NCBI GenBank assembly: GCA_964389125.1
Contig: CAYMDX010000005.1
Coordinates: 1 to 42,682 of the forward strand
Direction of reading: 5' to 3'
Length of the DNA: 42,682 nt
Origin: an uncultured Bacteroidales bacterium
GTDB lineage: Bacteria; Bacteroidota; Bacteroidia; Bacteroidales; UBA7960
In this document: positions 37,997 through 42,682 of the stretch, piece by piece
Position numbering within the stretch: position 1 is the stretch's first letter
How the letters are laid out: the number at the start of each line of letters is the position of its first letter
Made by a program: the position numbers and the translations under genes
The notes under the pieces: generated by a model
The model's database searches: none
What the model saw: only the letters and a program-made list of their open reading frames with translations
Told to the model about the DNA's origin: nothing

Positions 37997-39625
37997 TTAT
38001 GACTGCTTTGGCGGGCTTTCACCATTATAACCGAAAGGGATGTAAACGGTAAACCTGGAGCCTTTGTTGGGTTCACTTTCCAGCGAAACGTTGCCGCCAT
38101 GCTTTTCCACAATGGCTTTTACATAACTCAGACCCAGCCCAAAGCCTTTAATGTCGTGAATATTTCCAGTTGAAATACGGTACAAGTTATCAAAAATTTT
38201 CTTTTGATTTACACGACTGATTCCGATTCCTTTATCTTTTACGTGAACAAGCACGCCATCGCTGGTGTTTTCGGTGATTACGGTAATATGTGGTGAGTGG
38301 GGTGAATATTTATTGGCGTTGTCAAGCAGGTTGCTGAACACATTGGTCATATGGACCTTATCGGCTTTCACTGAGCTTTGGGTAGCATTAAGCCGGGTGA
38401 TGATTTGTCCGTCCTTTTCTTTCACCGCCAGCCCTATTTTTTCGATGGCATTTTCTATGAGGGTATGAAGATCCAGCGTTGTTTTGTTGAGCCGGATCCT
38501 GGCTTTTTCGATCAGTGCAGTTTGCAACACCTTTTCGGTAAGCAGCCCCAGGCGTTCATTCTCTTCGTTGATAACGTTAATATAACTCTGATACAGGTTC
38601 TCGGATTTTTGTACATCCTGATCGCTCAATGCCTGACAAGCCAGTGATATGGTGGATATGGGGGTTTTAAGTTCGTGGGTCATGTTATTGATGAAATCGT
38701 TCTTCATCACCGAAAGCTTTTTCTGCCTGATGATGGTAAATATGGTAAAGGCGAATGAGGAGATAATCACCAGGATCAGTATGATAGAGGTGCTAAGCAT
38801 GAACCCCATTTGTGCCAGGATGTAGCTTTCCTGTTGCGGAAAATGAAGCAGCAGGTATTCGGGATTCACAAAAATGTCATTGGGAAAGAGGTGGTAGGCA
38901 AAACGGCTTTCAAGCAGATCCTCCGTGTAGGTCCCCGTTTTTTCCTGAATCAGGGTATGACGTGCCGGGTTATACACACCAAATTCGTACGTTGTTTTTA
39001 TACCCTGGCTTTGAAGCTCCTGGTTGATCAGGGAGTCGAGGTTGGCTACGCTTTCTTCATCTGAATGCTGAAAGGTGTAGTTGCCTGAAAACAGGTCGTT
39101 CAACAGGTCACTGATGATCTTGCTTCTGTCAAAAAAGGCGTGAAGCGGGTCTTGTTCTTGTAGCGGGTCATTATCTGGAAGGTATCCGCCATCTATGTGT
39201 GGTTGTTCATCATCGGGCAGCACCATGCTTGTATCGATGGGTTTTACCATTTGTCCCATCATTTGCTCTTCGCGGAGCTGGACATTCAACTCCTGCTGCA
39301 TACTTTCCGGTCTGTCGCCGTAACGATAATTTTCCCCTGATTCCCTGGATATGATACGATTATAGTAAGCGCGGTTGAGGGAGTCAAGCATGTGACTGAG
39401 CTGATGCAGGTTTTGGCTCCTCTCGCGTTGGCGCATGACCTTGCGTGCCAATTCCTGCTTGTTGAATTTATAGATAGCTCTGGAGGCGGCCTCACTGACC
39501 CCTTGTTCAAAGTTGGCCTCTTTTACGGCAACGGCATTGCTAATCCAATACAATTGGATGCCTACCAATCCTACCAGGGAGATGGTGATGGCTACAATAA
39601 CCAGTGTAATAAACCTCTTTTTCAT
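37997..39625 (-). CDS. Sensor histidine kinase (RprX-like), 542 aa from MKKRFITLVIV
   Basis: Two TM segments flank a periplasmic-type domain. H-box FINNMTHELKTPIS, N-box (LLDNANKYS) and G-boxes (DKGIGI, GFGLGLSYV). The track start at 39736 adds 37 codons that cover a promoter-like motif. Confidence 0.88.
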   Translation of the reverse strand: MKKRFITLVIVAITISLVGLVGIQLYWISNAVAVKEANFEQGVSEAASRAIYKFNKQELARKVMRQRERSQNLHQLSHMLDSLNRAYYNRIISRESGENYRYGDRPESMQQELNVQLREEQMMGQMVKPIDTSMVLPDDEQPHIDGGYLPDNDPLQEQDPLHAFFDRSKIISDLLNDLFSGNYTFQHSDEESVANLDSLINQELQSQGIKTTYEFGVYNPARHTLIQEKTGTYTEDLLESRFAYHLFPNDIFVNPEYLLLHFPQQESYILAQMGFMLSTSIILILVIISSFAFTIFTIIRQKKLSVMKNDFINNMTHELKTPISTISLACQALSDQDVQKSENLYQSYINVINEENERLGLLTEKVLQTALIEKARIRLNKTTLDLHTLIENAIEKIGLAVKEKDGQIITRLNATQSSVKADKVHMTNVFSNLLDNANKYSPHSPHITVITENTSDGVLVHVKDKGIGISRVNQKKIFDNLYRISTGNIHDIKGFGLGLSYVKAIVEKHGGNVSLESEPNKGSRFTVYIPFGYNGESPPKQS

Positions 39626-39707
39626 TATCAATGCGTTAACACAAAACCGCTCAAATGTCAGGCAACGGATGTCCTTGAGGCCTGTTTTCAGCTTAGGGGT
39701 ACCTATA

Positions 39708-39715
39708 CAAAAGTA
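39708..39715 (-). promoter_or_regulatory. -7-type promoter motif candidate (TACTTTTG) for the kinase/regulator unit
   Basis: Exact TAnnTTTG on the minus strand, about 83 nt upstream of the ATG at 39625. Confidence 0.3.
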
Positions 39716-39804
39716 AAAGGGAAATGATGAATACATGCACCATTAACACATTTTAACAGCAGCTTAACGTTTTTTAGTGTATTGAAAAAGAGGGCAGTCT
39801 GAAA

Positions 39805-40380
39805 CTACATTCTGCTTTCAACCTTCTTCCAGTCGACAATTTTCCAGAAAGCTGCCAGATATTCGGGCTTTCGGTTTTGGTAGTCGAGGTAAAAGGCGTG
39901 TTCCCACATGTCGCAGGTCAGCAGAGGTGTTTTGTGATACCGCAGGGGGTTGTCAGCATTGCTGGTTTGCATAATTTCCAGCTTACCGGTATCGTCTTTC
40001 ACCAGCCAGGTCCATCCGGAGCCAAAAAGGGTGGTGGCGGCATTGGTGAATTCTTCCTTAAATTTTTCAAACGACCCATAATGGTCATTTATGGCTTCCA
40101 TAAGTTTTCCTTCGGGCTCGCCACCTCCGTTAGGTGAGAAGCCCTCCCAGTAAAATGTATGGTTCCACACCTGGGCACCATTGTTGAATATGCCACCATC
40201 CGCTTTTTTGATAATTTCCTCAAGGCTGGTATTTTCAAACTCCGTTCCGGGTATCAGGTCGTTCAGCTTTTTCACATAGGTGTTGTGGTGCTTCCCGTAA
40301 TGATATTCGATTGTCTTTTTGGAGATGTGCGGCTCAAGCGCTTCCGGTGAGTAAGGCAATTTGGGTAAAGAATGTGCCAT
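39805..40380 (-). CDS. sod: Fe/Mn-family superoxide dismutase, 191 aa
   Basis: Canonical sequence: LPKLPY...LEPHIS..T.E.HYGKHH..YV..LN, and DMWEHAYYLDYQNRR-like ([18 protein letters not shown]). Metal specificity is not called. Confidence 0.93.
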   Translation of the reverse strand: MAHSLPKLPYSPEALEPHISKKTIEYHYGKHHNTYVKKLNDLIPGTEFENTSLEEIIKKADGGIFNNGAQVWNHTFYWEGFSPNGGGEPEGKLMEAINDHYGSFEKFKEEFTNAATTLFGSGWTWLVKDDTGKLEIMQTSNADNPLRYHKTPLLTCDMWEHAFYLDYQNRKPEYLAAFWKIVDWKKVESRM

Positions 40381-40541
40381 ATCAGTAAATTTTTTGGGTT
40401 AATAAATGATTTATCGCTAAGATATGAAAATTATGGCTTTTCTGCAACCCGGGGTGTACATGTGTTTATTTATGCATGCTTATTACTATTGTATCTGTTT
40501 TTCTGCTGCAAACAAGAGGGGTTTAGCCATGTACGGGTTCT

Positions 40542-40580
40542 AAAAAGTAACCCCCCTGAAACAAATTCTTTCCAGGGGGG
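40542..40580 (-). terminator. Intrinsic terminator downstream of tRNA-Leu
   Basis: Stem CCCCCCTG (40551-40558) / CAGGGGGG (40573-40580) with a 14-nt loop. On the minus strand it is followed by TTACTTTTT. Confidence 0.75.
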
Positions 40581-40585
40581 CGCTG

Positions 40586-40669
40586 TACCCGGGGTCGGGA
40601 TCGAACCGACACGGTATTGCTACCATTGGTGTTTGAGACCAACGCGTCTACCAATTCCGCCACCCGGGC
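40586..40669 (-). tRNA. tRNA-Leu (anticodon CAA), 84 nt, CCA not encoded
   Basis: Hand-folded cloverleaf: acceptor GCCCGGG/CCCGGGT, D-arm region TGGCGGAATTGGTAGACGCG, anticodon stem TTGGT/ACCAA with loop CT-CAA-AC, long variable arm GGTA-GCAA-TACC, T-arm GTCGG-TTCGATC-CCGAC, discriminator A. Confidence 0.95.
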
Positions 40670-40797
40670 TCACTTGTTATCGTAGATAATATATCGGCTT
40701 CCGCCGTTTGATCTGCAAAAATAACCTTTTTAGCACTTATGACAAAAAAATCCTGAAATCCTGGTATAATTAATAGGGTCGTTTCCCTTATTATTTA

Positions 40798-40805
40798 TAA
40801 TTTTG
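40798..40805 (+). promoter_or_regulatory. -7-type promoter motif candidate (TAATTTTG) for prs
   Basis: Exact TAnnTTTG 44 nt upstream of the ATG at 40849. Confidence 0.4.
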
Positions 40806-40848
40806 CCTTATAAAACATCATTCTGACACACCAAAAAACCCTCTGTTC

Positions 40849-41793
40849 ATGGCTTCTGTCGTAAAAATTTTCTCCGGTTCCAATTCCCGGGTATTGGCTG
40901 AAAAAATTGCCGAAAGTTACGGAAAGCCATTGGGTAAAGAATTGATGCAGCATTTTGCAGATGGTGAATTTCAACCTTCTTTTGAAGAAACCCTTCGCGG
41001 CAACGATGTTTTTATTATCCAGAGTACCTGCCCGCCATCCGATAACCTGATGGAAATGCTCCTGATGATTGATGCTGCCCGTCGTGCATCTGCCAAGCAG
41101 GTGGTAGCCGTAATTCCTTACTTTGGATTTGCCCGGCAAGATCGCAAGGACAAGCCGCGGGTGTCAATCGGCGCCAAGCTGATGGCCAACCTGCTTATGG
41201 CTGCAGGCATCAACCGTTTGATCACCATGGACCTGCACGCCGATCAGATTCAGGGCTTTTTTGATGTTCCTGTCGATCATATGTATGGATCAGCCATATT
41301 TGTCCCTTACCTGAAAAAACTTAATCTGCCTAACCTCGTGATGGCATCCCCCGATACCGGCGGTACACGACGTGCCGGCGCTTATGCCAAGTTTCTTAAC
41401 AGCGAACTGGTAATTTGTTATAAACAACGTGTAAAAGCCAATGAAGTGGATCAAATGACCCTTATCGGGGATGTGAAAAACAAAGATGTGGTGCTGGTTG
41501 ACGACATTATTGACACCGCAGGCTCCATTACAAGAGCAGGCGCCATGATGCTTGAAAAAGGGGCAAACAGCGTCCGGGCGGTTTGTACCCACCCGGTATT
41601 CAGCAATAAAGCTTTTGACAGGATCAGTAATAGCGTCTTTGAAGAAGTGATCGTATCCGATACCATACCACTTAAACAGGAATGTCCGAAAGTAACTGTG
41701 CTGACAGCCTCAAAGCTGTTTGCCGATGTGATTCAGCGGGTGCATAACCATGAATCTATCAGCTCACATTTTGAATTTTCAACCATTCTGTAA
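40849..41793 (+). CDS. prs: Ribose-phosphate pyrophosphokinase (PRPP synthase), 314 aa
   Basis: Canonical Prs: ...F.DGE....FEE..RG.DVFI.QST..P.ND.LMELL.M.DA.RRASA......IPY.G.ARQDRK..., and the PRPP-binding loop (VLVDDIIDTAGS). Confidence 0.95.
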   Translation: MASVVKIFSGSNSRVLAEKIAESYGKPLGKELMQHFADGEFQPSFEETLRGNDVFIIQSTCPPSDNLMEMLLMIDAARRASAKQVVAVIPYFGFARQDRKDKPRVSIGAKLMANLLMAAGINRLITMDLHADQIQGFFDVPVDHMYGSAIFVPYLKKLNLPNLVMASPDTGGTRRAGAYAKFLNSELVICYKQRVKANEVDQMTLIGDVKNKDVVLVDDIIDTAGSITRAGAMMLEKGANSVRAVCTHPVFSNKAFDRISNSVFEEVIVSDTIPLKQECPKVTVLTASKLFADVIQRVHNHESISSHFEFSTIL

Positions 41794-41834
41794 TTTTTTG
41801 CCTTGTCAACTACCAGTTTTTTTACGCAAAGTGT

Positions 41835-41842
41835 TATCTTTG
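41835..41842 (+). promoter_or_regulatory. -7-type promoter motif candidate (TATCTTTG) for rplY
   Basis: Exact TAnnTTTG 66 nt upstream of the ATG at 41908. It is flanked by the inverted repeat GCAAAG/CTTTGC. Confidence 0.35.
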
Positions 41843-41907
41843 CAAGCCGTTTTTATGGGTAGATTCCATATAAACGTTTAATTTTCAAACATTTTAATCC
41901 GTAAATC

Positions 41908-42576
41908 ATGAAAAAAGTATCTGTGAGCGGTTCTCCAAGAGAGGACGTAGGGAAAAAAGATGCCAAAAAACTGCGCAGGGAAGGCAATGTCCCTTGCGTT
42001 ATTTACGGGGGAAAAGAACAAATCCAGTTTTTTGCTTCTGAGAAAAGTTTTAAGGATATTGTTTACACTCCCGATGCCTGTATTGTTCAACTCGACATCG
42101 ATGGAAAAAAGAAGGAAGCAGTCCTGCAGGATATCCAGTTTCATCCGGTAACCGAGCGCATCCTGCATGCCGACTTTCTGGAAATATTCCCCGATAAACC
42201 GGTAAAAATACAGATCCCCATCAACATTAAGGGTGATAGTCCCGGCGTCATGGCAGGTGGGAAAATGCTTGTCAAGCGCAGACGTCTTGAGATTATGGCG
42301 CTGCCTGACCAGTTGCCTGCTGAAATTGATGTTGACATCTCCGGGATTGAGATCGGCGACTCCGTAGTTGTCGGTGATCTGAGCGTTGACAATATTCACT
42401 TTATGGATCCGGACAATGCCGTGGTTGTACTGGTTAAATCAGCCAGGGCCGCTATGATGGCACCCGTTGAAAGTGAGGAGGAAGAAGAAGGCGAAGGCGA
42501 AGGTGAAGAAGGTGAAGGCGAAGAAGGTGAAAGCGCCGGAGAAGGCGAAGAAGGAGGTGAGTCGGGCAAGGAATAA
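41908..42576 (+). CDS. rplY: 50S ribosomal protein L25 / general stress protein Ctc form, 222 aa, with a Glu/Gly-rich C-terminal tail
   Basis: L25/Ctc N-terminal domain (R...GK..A.KLRREG.VP.V.YGG.E...F), a second beta-domain, and the tail ...ESEEEEEGEGEGEEGEGEEGESAGEGEEGGESGKE. It follows prs, a common gene order. Confidence 0.9.
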   Translation: MKKVSVSGSPREDVGKKDAKKLRREGNVPCVIYGGKEQIQFFASEKSFKDIVYTPDACIVQLDIDGKKKEAVLQDIQFHPVTERILHADFLEIFPDKPVKIQIPINIKGDSPGVMAGGKMLVKRRRLEIMALPDQLPAEIDVDISGIEIGDSVVVGDLSVDNIHFMDPDNAVVVLVKSARAAMMAPVESEEEEEGEGEGEEGEGEEGESAGEGEEGGESGKE

Positions 42577-42614
42577 CCCCTCCCCGGATCATCGCCAAAT
42601 AACTATTTCCCCCG

Positions 42615-42655
42615 AAGGCATATGGTCACTCATGACCCTGTGCCTTTATTTTTTT
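42615..42655 (+). terminator. Intrinsic terminator after rplY
   Basis: AAGGCA (42615-42620) ... inner GGTCA-CTCA-TGACC ... TGCCTT (42641-42646), followed by TATTTTTTT. Confidence 0.65.
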
Positions 42656-42682
42656 ACTTTTGATGGTGTATCGTCCCGAAAC

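Overview
This window looks like an ordinary, housekeeping-dominated chromosomal region of a Bacteroidota-type genome. The phylum call is inference. It rests on many exact TAnnTTTG (-7-type) motifs upstream of genes, A-rich start contexts that mostly lack Shine-Dalgarno sequences, a bS22-type micro-ORF, an RprXY-like two-component pair, and the TonB/outer-membrane gene content.

I can support about 39 protein genes and one tRNA:
- **Nucleotide and DNA metabolism:** nrdJ, recX, mutY, ssb, recG, prs.
- **Translation and RNA processing:** prfB (with its programmed +1 frameshift), rng, an unlisted 29-aa bS22-like micro-ORF, proS, asnS, rplY, tRNA-Leu(CAA).
- **Envelope and membrane:** lpxK, a GT4 glycosyltransferase, a SPOR protein, a PAP2-like membrane protein, a beta-barrel OMP, tonB, vanZ.
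- **Fe-S assembly:** a complete sufBCDS-(membrane ORF)-sufE-sufT cluster.
- **Regulation and stress:** hup, rpoN, a histidine kinase/OmpR-type regulator pair, a tocopherol-cyclase-like gene, sod.
- **Other:** nif3 plus a zinc-ribbon partner, a FadL/PorV-like barrel with a very unusual low-complexity lipoprotein, fba, a ketopantoate-reductase-like gene, gcvH.

I found no CRISPR array, transposase, integrase, phage genes, toxin-antitoxin pair or recognisable defence or biosynthetic cluster. I therefore cannot claim a clearly novel multi-gene system.

The best candidates for a second look are:
1. The lipoprotein/beta-barrel pair at 12363-15614.
2. The tocopherol-cyclase-like ORF that overlaps the end of the two-component pair.
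3. The uncharacterised 4-TM ORF inside the suf cluster.
4. Several non-coding features: a compound heptamer repeat, leader hairpins, a 16-bp palindrome, and a shared 16-nt promoter block.

Several ORF-track starts are N-terminally over-extended and are corrected below. The long antisense ORFs are rejected.
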